The notes below the pieces were generated by a model. It made no database searches and had not been told where the DNA came from. It saw only the letters and a list, made by a program, of their open reading frames with translations. 64,000 nt of DNA from an uncultured Alphaproteobacteria bacterium (GTDB lineage: Bacteria; Pseudomonadota; Alphaproteobacteria; Bin95): the NCBI GenBank assembly GCA_963807085.1, contig CAWEBB010000032.1, positions 168,451 to 232,450 of the forward strand, written 5' to 3'. The translations under genes were made by a program, and so were the position numbers. Below, piece by piece: positions 31,867 to 40,419 of the stretch (positions within the stretch are counted from its first letter, which is position 1; every line of letters starts with the position of its first letter).

Positions 31867-33663
31867 ATGCCCGACGCCTCCGCCGCCGACAGCGGCCTCA
31901 AAAACCTGCCCACCTGGGATCTGAACGATCTGTATGCGGGCATGGACTCGCCGGAGTTGGAAGAGGACTTCCAGGCGGCCGAGCGCGAAGCGAAGGCTTT
32001 CGCGGAGCAGCATGAGGGCAAGGTGGCATCCCTATCGGCAGAGGGCCTGGCCGAGGCGATTGCCGCTTACGAGGCGCAGGACGAGCGGCTGACCCGCATC
32101 ATCAGCTATGCCGGGCTGCTGCATGCGGGCGACCAGCTCGACCCGGAAATCGGCGCGTTTTATCAGAATGCGCAGGAACGGGTGACCACCATCTCCAGCC
32201 ACATTTTGTTTTTCACGCTGGAGCTGAACAAAGTCGATGATGCGATCGTCGAGCGCTGGCTGAAAGCGCCGGCGATGGCGGATTATGCGGTCTGGCTCAA
32301 AAATCTGCTCGTCTACAAGCCGCACCAGCTCTCCGACGAGTTGGAGAAGTTCTTGCACGAGGCGCACATTGTCGGCGCGGCGGCCTGGAACCGCCTGTTC
32401 GACGAGACCATGGCGGGCTTGCGCTTTCCCCTGAACGGCAAGGAGTTGACCAGCGCCGAAGCGCTGCATCTGCTCTCCGACCCCTCGGCCGAGGTGCGCA
32501 AGGCGGCGGCCCATTCGCTCGGGCAGGTGTTCGCCGAACACCTGCCGCTGTTCGCCCGCATCACCAACACGCTGGCCAAGGACAAGGAGATCGACGACCG
32601 CTGGCGCCAGTTCCCGCGGCCGGTCTCCGCCCGCAACCTGGCGAACCAGGTGGAGGACGAGGTGGTGGACGCGCTGGTCGAGGCCGTGCGCGCCTCCTAC
32701 CCGCGATTGTCCCACCGCTACTATGCGCTAAAGGCGCAGTGGATGGGCGGCGACAAGCTCGACTATTGGGACCGCAACGCACCCTTGCCGGACGCCGACG
32801 ATCGCACCATCGGCTGGGACGAGGCGCGCGAGACGGTGCTGGATGCCTATGCCGGTTTCTCACCGCGGCTGGCGGATGTCGGCCGGCAGTTCTTCGATCA
32901 TGCCTGGATCGACGTGCCGACGCGGCCGGGCAAGAGCCCCGGCGCCTTTGCCCACCCCACCGTGCCGAGCGCGCACCCCTACCTGCTGCTGAACTATCAG
33001 GGCAAGATCCGGGACGTGATGACGCTCGCGCACGAATTGGGCCATGGCTGCCATCAGGTGCTGGCGGGGAGCCAAGGCCATTTCCTCTCGCGCACGCCGC
33101 TGACCCTGGCGGAGACGGCGTCGGTGTTCGGCGAAATGCTGACCTTCCGCAGCGTGCTGGCGGCGGAACAAGACCCGGCCAAACGGCGCATCCTGCTGGC
33201 GGGCAAGGTGGAGGACATGCTGAACACGGTCGTCCGCCAGATCGCCTTTTATTGCTTTGAGGAAAAGGTGCACTCCGCGCGGCGCAGCCAGGGCGAACTC
33301 TCCGCCGAGCAGCTTTGCGACTTTTGGATGGAGATCCAGACCGAAAGCCTGGGGCCGGCGCTGCGCTATGATGAGGATTACCGCAGCTTCTGGACCTATA
33401 TCGGCCACTTCATCCACGCGCCGTTTTATGTCTATGCCTATGCGTTCGGCGATTGCCTGGTAAACGCGCTCTATGCCGAATACCAGCGACAGCCGGATGG
33501 TTTCGAGGACAAGTATCTTGATCTGCTGAGTGCCGGCGGGCGTATGCGTCACAAGGAGTTGCTGGCGCCCTTCGGCCTGAATGCCGGTGACCCCGCCTTT
33601 TGGAGCCAGGGCCTGGACGTGATCGGCGGCATGATCGACGAGTTGGAAGAACTGAGTGGGTGA
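31867..33663 (+). CDS. pepF: M3 family oligoendopeptidase (PepF-like)
   Basis: 598 aa with HExxH 'HELGHGCHQ' in the M3B context. Confidence 0.8.
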   Translation: MPDASAADSGLKNLPTWDLNDLYAGMDSPELEEDFQAAEREAKAFAEQHEGKVASLSAEGLAEAIAAYEAQDERLTRIISYAGLLHAGDQLDPEIGAFYQNAQERVTTISSHILFFTLELNKVDDAIVERWLKAPAMADYAVWLKNLLVYKPHQLSDELEKFLHEAHIVGAAAWNRLFDETMAGLRFPLNGKELTSAEALHLLSDPSAEVRKAAAHSLGQVFAEHLPLFARITNTLAKDKEIDDRWRQFPRPVSARNLANQVEDEVVDALVEAVRASYPRLSHRYYALKAQWMGGDKLDYWDRNAPLPDADDRTIGWDEARETVLDAYAGFSPRLADVGRQFFDHAWIDVPTRPGKSPGAFAHPTVPSAHPYLLLNYQGKIRDVMTLAHELGHGCHQVLAGSQGHFLSRTPLTLAETASVFGEMLTFRSVLAAEQDPAKRRILLAGKVEDMLNTVVRQIAFYCFEEKVHSARRSQGELSAEQLCDFWMEIQTESLGPALRYDEDYRSFWTYIGHFIHAPFYVYAYAFGDCLVNALYAEYQRQPDGFEDKYLDLLSAGGRMRHKELLAPFGLNAGDPAFWSQGLDVIGGMIDELEELSG

Positions 33664-33758
33664 TCCAGAGGCAGCAGCTACCCTATTCTTTAATTTCCCC
33701 GCGAAAGCGGAGATTTATGCCCGAGAGGCAAACCCGGGTACAGGTCAGCGGATAGGCC

Positions 33759-34175
33759 ATGCCCGCCTACGTCTATATCTTGGCGAGCCAGAAGAACGGC
33801 ACGCTCTACACCGGATCGACAACTGATCTCTCCAGGCGCATGGAGGAACACCGGGAAATGGCGATTGATGGCTTTACGGCCAAGTACGGTGTTACAAGAA
33901 TGGTCTTCGCCGAAGAACATCCGACGACCATCTCGGCAAGGCAGCAGGAGCGGCAGATCAAGAAATGGAAGCGGGCATGGAAAATAGAGCTGATCGAGTG
34001 CGGAAATCCCCATTGGGAAGACTTGGCAAAATTGGGAAGACTTGGCAAAATTTCTATGAAGCAGCGTTTGATTGATCCTGCGCAATGCATGGCATCTTCG
34101 GAATGCCCGGCTCTCAGGCATGGGCCCCTGGTCGAGCCAGGGGCAGAGGGATTGTTCCTTGACTACACCACCTGA
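33759..34175 (+). CDS. GIY-YIG nuclease family protein (UPF0213/YhbQ-like); C-terminus altered and extended by a 19-bp tandem duplication
   Basis: 'MPAYVYILASQKNGTLYTGSTTDLSRRMEEH' is the GIY-YIG core. Without the duplication the ORF would end '...HWEDLAKFL*' at about 34043. Confidence 0.65.
   Translation: MPAYVYILASQKNGTLYTGSTTDLSRRMEEHREMAIDGFTAKYGVTRMVFAEEHPTTISARQQERQIKKWKRAWKIELIECGNPHWEDLAKLGRLGKISMKQRLIDPAQCMASSECPALRHGPLVEPGAEGLFLDYTT
34015..34052 (+). repeat. perfect 19-bp tandem duplication (gggaagacttggcaaaatt x2)
   Basis: Read directly from the sequence. 19 is not a multiple of 3, so the GIY-YIG reading frame shifts. Confidence 0.7.
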
Positions 34176-35514
34176 CAACGAACCCTCCCGCTTTTCCCGG
34201 CGGGCGCGGCGCTATATTGGCACGTCCCGCACCGTAGGCTCGCTCGCGGCAACGGTCGCGGGCCAGCACTATCTGGGTATCAAGACGGATCGGGAGCGGC
34301 ACGCGCAGGCCCTGCGCAAGGCGCTCGGCGGCCTAAAGGGGCCGCTGATGAAGGTGGCGCAGATCCTGGCTTCCGTGCCCGATGCGATCCCGAAAGAATA
34401 CGCCGAAGAACTGCGCCAGCTCCAGGCAAACGCGCCACCCATGGACTGGGTGTTCGTGCGCCGCCGCATGACCGGGCAACTGGGCCCGGATTGGCAGGAT
34501 CGCTTTGCTGACTTCGGGCGGGAGGCGGCGCACGCAGCCTCGCTGGGACAGGTGCACAAGGCGCGCTTGCACGACGGGCGGGAGGTCGCGTGCAAGTTGC
34601 AGTATCCGGATATGGCCTCCGTGGTCGAAGCCGACCTGAAGCAACTGAAGCTGATCTTCTCGCTCTATGGCCGCTTCGACAAGGCAATTCATACCGACCA
34701 AATCTATGAGGAAGTGGCCGTCCGCCTGCGCGAGGAACTGGACTACGAGCGCGAGGCCAAGCAAATGCGCCTCTATGGCCAGATGCTGGCGGACGAGCCC
34801 GGCGTGCATGTGCCGGAGCATATTCCCGAACTGTCGACCGGCCGTCTGCTGACCATGACCTGGTTGGACGGAATACCGCTGCTGGAGGCGTGCGAGCGGC
34901 CTTTGGAAGAACGCAACCAGATCGCCTACAACATGTTCCGCGCCTGGTACGTGCCGTTTTACGACTACGGCATCATTCACGGCGACCCGCATCTCGGCAA
35001 CTACACGGTGCGGGCGGATAACAGCATTAATTTGTTGGACTATGGCTGCATCCGGGTGTTTTCCCCCAGCTTCGTGCAGGGGGTGATCGATCTCTACAAG
35101 GCGATCCGCGACGGTGACGAGGCGCTGGCGGTGCACGCTTACGAGACCTGGGGCTTCGAGAAGCCGTCCCGCGAGTTGATCTCCATCCTGAACATGTGGG
35201 CGGGATTCATCTATGCGCCGCTGTTGCAGGACCGCGTTCAGAAGATTCAGGACGAAAACACCGGCAACTACGGCGCAAAGGTGGCGGAGAAGGTTCACGT
35301 CGAACTGCGCCGGCTGGGCGGCGTGCGCCCGCCGCGCGAGTTCGTGCTGATGGACCGCGCCGCCATCGGGCTTGGCAGCGTGTTCATGCACTTGAAGGCG
35401 GAGATCAACTGGTACCGCCTGTTCCACGATCTGGTGGAAGATTTCGACACCGCGGTGTTGGCCGAGCGTCAGGCCAAGGCGCTGGCGGCGGTAGGGTTGG
35501 AGCATACCGGTTGA
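34120..35514 (+). CDS. ABC1/UbiB-family atypical protein kinase (ADCK-like)
   Basis: 'LKGPLMKVAQILASVPDAIPKEYAEELRQLQANAPP' is the ABC1 signature, and the kinase-like core is 'GDPHLGNYTV'. The start is approximate. Confidence 0.7.
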   Translation: MGPWSSQGQRDCSLTTPPDNEPSRFSRRARRYIGTSRTVGSLAATVAGQHYLGIKTDRERHAQALRKALGGLKGPLMKVAQILASVPDAIPKEYAEELRQLQANAPPMDWVFVRRRMTGQLGPDWQDRFADFGREAAHAASLGQVHKARLHDGREVACKLQYPDMASVVEADLKQLKLIFSLYGRFDKAIHTDQIYEEVAVRLREELDYEREAKQMRLYGQMLADEPGVHVPEHIPELSTGRLLTMTWLDGIPLLEACERPLEERNQIAYNMFRAWYVPFYDYGIIHGDPHLGNYTVRADNSINLLDYGCIRVFSPSFVQGVIDLYKAIRDGDEALAVHAYETWGFEKPSRELISILNMWAGFIYAPLLQDRVQKIQDENTGNYGAKVAEKVHVELRRLGGVRPPREFVLMDRAAIGLGSVFMHLKAEINWYRLFHDLVEDFDTAVLAERQAKALAAVGLEHTG

Positions 35515-35662
35515 ACTGTCTTGCGGAGGTGGTTGGTTAACAGGCGTTTTGATGGTTTTGAAGTATCTGCTTTTTAATACCTTAATGATTGAATGTATTG
35601 AGCGCTGTACTGACCGATCACCGGTCGGAGTAGTGCGGCCGAGTATTGATAGGAGTGCAGCA

Positions 35663-36145
35663 ATGAAAATTATTACAGGTGGCATCTTCGCTTTGTGTTT
35701 GGCTGCGGGGAGCGCCCAAGCCGACACCATCTCTTATACGCCTTTCCCGGTCGGCAACTCTGTCGACACCCAGTTCCGCTGGAAAGCGGGCGACGGACCG
35801 GCGCACGGGAGCGGGGGGCGGCACGTGTTCGCGCCGCTTTATGCGCCGGTATTGAACAGCCCATTACAACCGAAATTGAAGCGAAACGTGGTGCCGGGGG
35901 AGCGCGACGAGCGGGCGGGCGGCTTCGGCAATGATGCCGGAATGCATGATCCGGCGCTACCTCCTCGTCCCAATGCCTCTGCGGCGGAAATCGCTTGGAA
36001 TGGCATCGACGACCGCTATCGCCAACGCAGAATCAGGGTCGATCCCGGCGTTGCGGCGGCGGTGCCGCTACCGGCCTCCGGTCTGGCGCTGGCCGCGGGA
36101 ATGCTCGCATTGATCGGGCTTAGAGGCCGCCGCCGCCGCGCGTAG
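35663..36145 (+). CDS. PEP-CTERM-type secreted protein (variant motif VPLP)
   Basis: Signal peptide 'MKIITGGIFALCLAAGSAQA' with an AGGAG RBS 8 nt upstream. The C-terminus 'VPLPASGLALAAGMLALIGLRGRRRRA' has a P-x-P motif, a TM helix and an Arg cluster, as in exosortase sorting signals. Confidence 0.55.
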   Translation: MKIITGGIFALCLAAGSAQADTISYTPFPVGNSVDTQFRWKAGDGPAHGSGGRHVFAPLYAPVLNSPLQPKLKRNVVPGERDERAGGFGNDAGMHDPALPPRPNASAAEIAWNGIDDRYRQRRIRVDPGVAAAVPLPASGLALAAGMLALIGLRGRRRRA

Positions 36146-36590
36146 CGCGGTGCAGAACTGGTCGAAGCAAGGACTCGTCCAGGGGAGTGCCGGCCAGGTC
36201 GGCCGGTGAAACATCGTCGGGCAGTGAGCGGGCGCCGCGGCCGCGCAGCATGAACTCAAGCTGCACGGCGCGCAGGGCGGCGGCGCATTGCCCGTCGCGG
36301 ATGGCTCTTGAAAAAACCCTTTCGACCTTTGCCAGCAGCCGGTCCAGTTCGGCCTGGCTGCGCAGTTCGGCCGATTCGCGCAGGCGCTCGACTTCTGCCT
36401 GGACAACGGGCTTTTGCAACAGCCGCCAGGCCTGCTGTGCCGCGTTACTGGCCGCATAACCCGCGGCGCGTGCAGCCTCGGCACCGCTTGCACCGGCGGC
36501 GATGCGTTCGCAAAACAGGCGGCGGCGGCCGGATAGGGGCCGGATTGGACGGCTGGCGTTGGTGGGGCGGTGGGCGGGCGTTTGGGGCAT
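36120..36590 (-). CDS. phage terminase small subunit-like HTH protein (orphan)
   Basis: 'RRLFCERIAAGASGAEAARAAGYAASNAAQQAWRLLQKPVVQAEVERLR' resembles terS N-terminal HTH regions. No other phage genes are nearby. It overlaps the 3' end of the PEP-CTERM gene by about 26 nt. Confidence 0.4.
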   Translation of the reverse strand: MPQTPAHRPTNASRPIRPLSGRRRLFCERIAAGASGAEAARAAGYAASNAAQQAWRLLQKPVVQAEVERLRESAELRSQAELDRLLAKVERVFSRAIRDGQCAAALRAVQLEFMLRGRGARSLPDDVSPADLAGTPLDESLLRPVLHRATRGGGGL

Positions 36591-36827
36591 GCCGGTCTCC
36601 TGTCAAACACGCCATATGGTTGCGCGATCGGCCGAGACAAGTATTTTTTCCTATCACAACACCAATTTTCCTATTCCGTGGTCCGCACACCTGGTAAATG
36701 GCTCGATCGGAGCCCGGACTCCCCATGCCCGGCGAAGTCGCCTAAGCTGGTGTCATGTTCCGACCGCACTCCCCGCCCGGCCGAAATGCAGCCGAACCCG
36801 TTCTGGCGGGTGCTGAAGGAAATTCTC

Positions 36828-36880
36828 CGTCGTGAAGACCGGCACTGCGTCGCGGAGACCGACACTCTGTCGTGGAGACC
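36828..36880. promoter_or_regulatory. three 13-bp direct repeats (CGTCGTGAAGACC / CGTCGCGGAGACC / TGTCGTGGAGACC) with exact 20-bp periodicity, ending 5 nt before the nudL ATG
   Basis: Read from the sequence. Repeat starts are at 36828, 36848 and 36868. Confidence 0.4.
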
Positions 36881-36885
36881 TAAAC

Positions 36886-37503
36886 ATGGATAGCTTTGAT
36901 GGCCTGCGCGAGCGCATTGTCGGCAATTTCGCACAGTTCGAGCGGCTTCCGGCGGCGGGCGAGGGCCTGAAGGCCGCGGCGGTCGCCATCGCGGTGACGG
37001 CCGACGAGCGGGGACATCCCGCGTTTTTCCTGACCCGCCGCGCCTCGCGGCTGAACCGGCATTCCGGGCAGTGGGCGTTGCCGGGCGGCAGGCTCGATCC
37101 CGGTGAGGATGCCGTGACGGCGGCGTTGCGCGAAATGGACGAGGAAATCGGCATTCGGGTGGCGCCGGACCAGGTGCTGGGCCTGCTGGACGATTACGTC
37201 ACCCGGTCCGGCTATTGCATGACGCCGGTCGTGGTCTGGGCCGGCAGCGGGGCGGAGGTCGTGCCGAACCCGGACGAGGTGGCGCAGGTGTTTCGCATTC
37301 CGCTGGCGGACGCGCTGACGGACGGCTTTGTCGAGATGCTAGCCGTCGAAGGCAGCGATCACCCGATGATCCGCGTGCACGTCGCGGGCCGGCACATGCA
37401 CGCGCCGACCGCCGCGGTCGTCTACCAATTCCGGGAGGTGGCGCTGGCAGGCCGCATGACCCGCGCCGCCCACCTGCTGGCCCCCGGCTGGACGGCGCGT
37501 TAA
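36886..37503 (+). CDS. CoA pyrophosphatase (NUDIX, NudL-like)
   Basis: 'FFLTRRASRLNRHSGQWALPGGRLDPGEDAVTAALREMDEEIGI' is the CoAse signature plus NUDIX box. Confidence 0.7.
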   Translation: MDSFDGLRERIVGNFAQFERLPAAGEGLKAAAVAIAVTADERGHPAFFLTRRASRLNRHSGQWALPGGRLDPGEDAVTAALREMDEEIGIRVAPDQVLGLLDDYVTRSGYCMTPVVVWAGSGAEVVPNPDEVAQVFRIPLADALTDGFVEMLAVEGSDHPMIRVHVAGRHMHAPTAAVVYQFREVALAGRMTRAAHLLAPGWTAR

Positions 37504-37576
37504 TACTTGTCGCTCGGGATCGCACGGGAAGGGCTAATGATATGATCGGGCATGGTCGGCTTTGGGCGACGGCTGA

Positions 37577-38611
37577 ATGAAAGCGGTGGGTGTCCTGCGC
37601 GGTACCGCGATGCTGCCGATATGGCTGGTGCAAGTGTTTGGCACGACGAAATCGTTTGCCGCCAATCCTGTCCTCGGCAACCGGGTCTTGAACCGGATGG
37701 GCCTGCACGTCTTTCGCTATACGCTGGCGCACTTGGTTACCAATTTCCGCTGGCTTTTGCTTTCGCCTCTGGCCGATCGGGAGTTCCGGCGGCGGTTTCT
37801 GCGGGAGGGTTGTGTCTCCATCACCGATTTTTTGCCGGAAGAGCAGTTCGCGGCGCTGAAAGGGGAACTGGCAGTGTTGCCGGGTGAGACTCTGGAACTG
37901 GAGCAGGGCGATACGCTTACCCTGATGCTGCTGCTGGACCGGCCGACGCTCGCAGCCATGCCCGCCGCCAAGGCCGTGTATGAAAGCCGGCGCTTCCAGA
38001 GCGTCATGCGATTTGCCGGCGCCCGCCTGAAGTATCCGTTTTCGGCGATTCATTGCGTGAAGAATGGTTTTGCCGACGGTGTCGGCGATCCGCAAAAGAC
38101 GGTGCATTCCGATACGTTTCATCCGACCATGAAGGCATGGCTGTTTGTCGACGATGTGACGGAAGAAAATGGCCCGTTCATGTTCGTCCACGGCTCGCAG
38201 CGCCTGACGTGGAGGCGGCTGAAATGGGAGTATCGACAGAGCATTGCCGGCAAGGACCTGCCCGACCGCTATTCGACGCGCGGCTCGCTGCGGGCGACCG
38301 AGGACGATCTTGCAGAAATGAGGCTGCCGTCGGCGGTGGCGTTGACGGTGCCGGCCAATACGCTCGTCATCGCGAATACCCATGGCTTCCATCGCCGCGG
38401 AACGGCGGCCCCTGGCTCCAGCCGCATGGCGATGATCGCGCAGAGCCGCACCAATCCCTTCAACCCGCTGCCGGGGCTGGGCCTACGTTGGTGGCGAGAC
38501 GCGGAGGATCGGGTTTTCAAGCGGTATTGGCGCTGGGCGGAACGAAAGGCTGCCCGGCGGGGCCAGCGGGCGAGCTGGCACCCGGTGCCGAATGACCGCT
38601 TTTACCGGTGA
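37577..38611 (+). CDS. phytanoyl-CoA dioxygenase (PhyH) family protein
   Basis: 'HSDTFHPTMKAWLFVDDVTEENGPFMFVHGS' carries the HxD...H Fe(II) ligands in a PhyH-like context. Confidence 0.6.
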   Translation: MKAVGVLRGTAMLPIWLVQVFGTTKSFAANPVLGNRVLNRMGLHVFRYTLAHLVTNFRWLLLSPLADREFRRRFLREGCVSITDFLPEEQFAALKGELAVLPGETLELEQGDTLTLMLLLDRPTLAAMPAAKAVYESRRFQSVMRFAGARLKYPFSAIHCVKNGFADGVGDPQKTVHSDTFHPTMKAWLFVDDVTEENGPFMFVHGSQRLTWRRLKWEYRQSIAGKDLPDRYSTRGSLRATEDDLAEMRLPSAVALTVPANTLVIANTHGFHRRGTAAPGSSRMAMIAQSRTNPFNPLPGLGLRWWRDAEDRVFKRYWRWAERKAARRGQRASWHPVPNDRFYR

Positions 38612-38630
38612 GCGGCCCGTTGCTATCAGT

Positions 38631-39869
38631 TCAGTCTGCGGCTTTTTCGCCGGCCGGTTTGCTGATCTGTTCAATGGCAGCGATGGCCGGTTGCTCCCGT
38701 TGTCGCAACAGCCACAAACCGGCCACCGCCGCTGGCAGGCCGCAAATGGCAAACGCCGCAAAATAGCTGCCGCTCAACAGGTACAGGCCGCTGAAGGCAG
38801 ATGGCAGCAGCATCTGCCCGGCATTGCCGAAGGCCAGCACACCGCCGGTTGTGCCAGCCACCTGACCCTCAGGCGCCAGCCGCGCAACCTCCGCCAGCAG
38901 CACGCCATGCCAACTGACCGCCGTGGCGGAGCATAGGACGACGACCGCGGCTATCGCCATCATCGGCCAGGCGCCGCTCATCGCGCCCATGGCCGATACG
39001 GCCGCAAACATCGACACGCCGAAACCCGCCAGCAAGTAGCGGGCAGGCGCGTGGCCGCTCGCCACCCAACCCCAGAGGATGCGCGCAGGTATGGCGATGG
39101 TCATGGCGAGGCCGAACACGCTGCCAGCGGTTTCGACGGATTGGCCCACCACCTCGACCAGATAAGTCACGGTGAACGTGGTGAATACGGCTTGCAGGCC
39201 GATGAACGAGAAACCCGCGGCTGCCAGGGGCCGCAAGGATGTGTCGCCCAACACCTTGCGCAGCGTGCCAAAGGCATCGCCCCAATGCAGTTGCTGATCG
39301 GGAACGCGGTCATTGTCGAAGCGCGTCCGGATCGGCTGCAGCATCGCCGCGAACAGACAGCACGCCACGCCGGCGATGACCGTGGCGACACCCCAGCCAT
39401 ACGCCACGGCAATGGGCGGCAGCGTCAGGCCCGTGACCATGACGCCCACGGGCACGCCGGTCTGTTTGATCGAAAACACCACCGGCGCGTATTTGGGCGG
39501 GCAGTGGCGCGCCAGAATATGGCTGGAGGCCGGCGTCGCGACCGTCGCGCCGAGCCCCAACAGCGCCGCCGACACCAGCATTAGCGGCAAGATTCCGGCG
39601 CCCATCACGGCAAGCCCCACACCGACCACGACAAGGGAAACCTGGCTGGTGCGCAGCGCCCCGAACCGCCGGATGAAGTTGCCGCAGGCGAGCGTGGTGA
39701 ACAGGCCGAACGCGGCGGTGACGCTGACGAACACGCCTACCAGGGCGGGGTCGACGCCCAAGTCGTTGGCGGCGAGCGGCCCCAACACCGGCAGCGCCAT
39801 TTTGGAAACGGTGGCAAAGGCCTGCTGGACCAGCATGGCGATCAAGCCGGTGAGCAGGAGCGAGTTCAC
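38631..39869 (-). CDS. MFS transporter, translationally coupled to mntR
   Basis: 412 aa with 12 TM segments. Its ATG (39867-39869) overlaps the mntR stop in an ATGA arrangement. Confidence 0.7.
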   Translation of the reverse strand: MNSLLLTGLIAMLVQQAFATVSKMALPVLGPLAANDLGVDPALVGVFVSVTAAFGLFTTLACGNFIRRFGALRTSQVSLVVVGVGLAVMGAGILPLMLVSAALLGLGATVATPASSHILARHCPPKYAPVVFSIKQTGVPVGVMVTGLTLPPIAVAYGWGVATVIAGVACCLFAAMLQPIRTRFDNDRVPDQQLHWGDAFGTLRKVLGDTSLRPLAAAGFSFIGLQAVFTTFTVTYLVEVVGQSVETAGSVFGLAMTIAIPARILWGWVASGHAPARYLLAGFGVSMFAAVSAMGAMSGAWPMMAIAAVVVLCSATAVSWHGVLLAEVARLAPEGQVAGTTGGVLAFGNAGQMLLPSAFSGLYLLSGSYFAAFAICGLPAAVAGLWLLRQREQPAIAAIEQISKPAGEKAAD

Positions 39870-40324
39870 GCCTTATCCGGTCCCTTGTTATCCGCCCCGT
39901 TGCGGGTGATCTCCTCGAACACCGCCAGCGTTTCGTCGGAGACATGGTGCTCCATGCCCTCCGCGTCGCTCTCCGCGGTGGCCGGGTTCACACCGATGAC
40001 TTTCAGGAACTCCAGCACGATGCCGTGCCGGCGCCGGAATTCGTCGGCCATGGCTTCGCCGCCGTCGGTCAGGAAAATGCTGCGATAGGGCCTGGAGATG
40101 ACCAGTCCGTCCCGCTGCAGCCGCGCGAGAGTCTTGTTTACGGTGGCGTGGCTGACGCCGAACCGTTCGGCCAGATCGACCGCGCGTGCCTCGCCATTGA
40201 CCGCAATCAGATCGCTGATCAACTCAACGTAATCTTCTGCCATTTCGGTTTGATGGGCCTGGCGGATGCGCTCGAAACTGGCAGCCTGGCGGCCAGCATC
40301 GCGCAGGCGTCGAGTTTTGGGCAT
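39866..40324 (-). CDS. mntR: manganese transport regulator MntR (DtxR family)
   Basis: 'DYVELISDLI...GEARAVDLAERFGVSHATVNKTLARLQRDGL...RRHGIVLEFLKVIGVNPATAESDAEGMEHHVSDETL' aligns along its whole length with E. coli MntR. Confidence 0.75.
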   Translation of the reverse strand: MPKTRRLRDAGRQAASFERIRQAHQTEMAEDYVELISDLIAVNGEARAVDLAERFGVSHATVNKTLARLQRDGLVISRPYRSIFLTDGGEAMADEFRRRHGIVLEFLKVIGVNPATAESDAEGMEHHVSDETLAVFEEITRNGADNKGPDKA

Positions 40325-40397
40325 AGCGTCGTCTGTATCTTACCGGGCCATTACCCGTGGTTTGCCCGCAATCGGGGAAGGATGCAAGTCTCGTAAA

Positions 40398-40419
40398 AAA
40401 GTTAGCCTAGGCTAACTTT
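40398..40419. promoter_or_regulatory. putative MntR operator: perfect 22-bp palindrome AAAGTTAGCCTAGGCTAACTTT upstream of mntR
   Basis: Perfect palindrome 74 nt upstream of the mntR ATG. It resembles the E. coli MntR box (AAACATAGC...GCTATGTTT) and DtxR-type boxes. Confidence 0.5.

Noticed and set aside
35515-35662. Sigma-54 (-24/-12) promoter upstream of the PEP-CTERM gene
   Set aside because: I looked for TGGCAC-N5-TTGC. Only a TGG...TGC pair with the wrong spacing is present.
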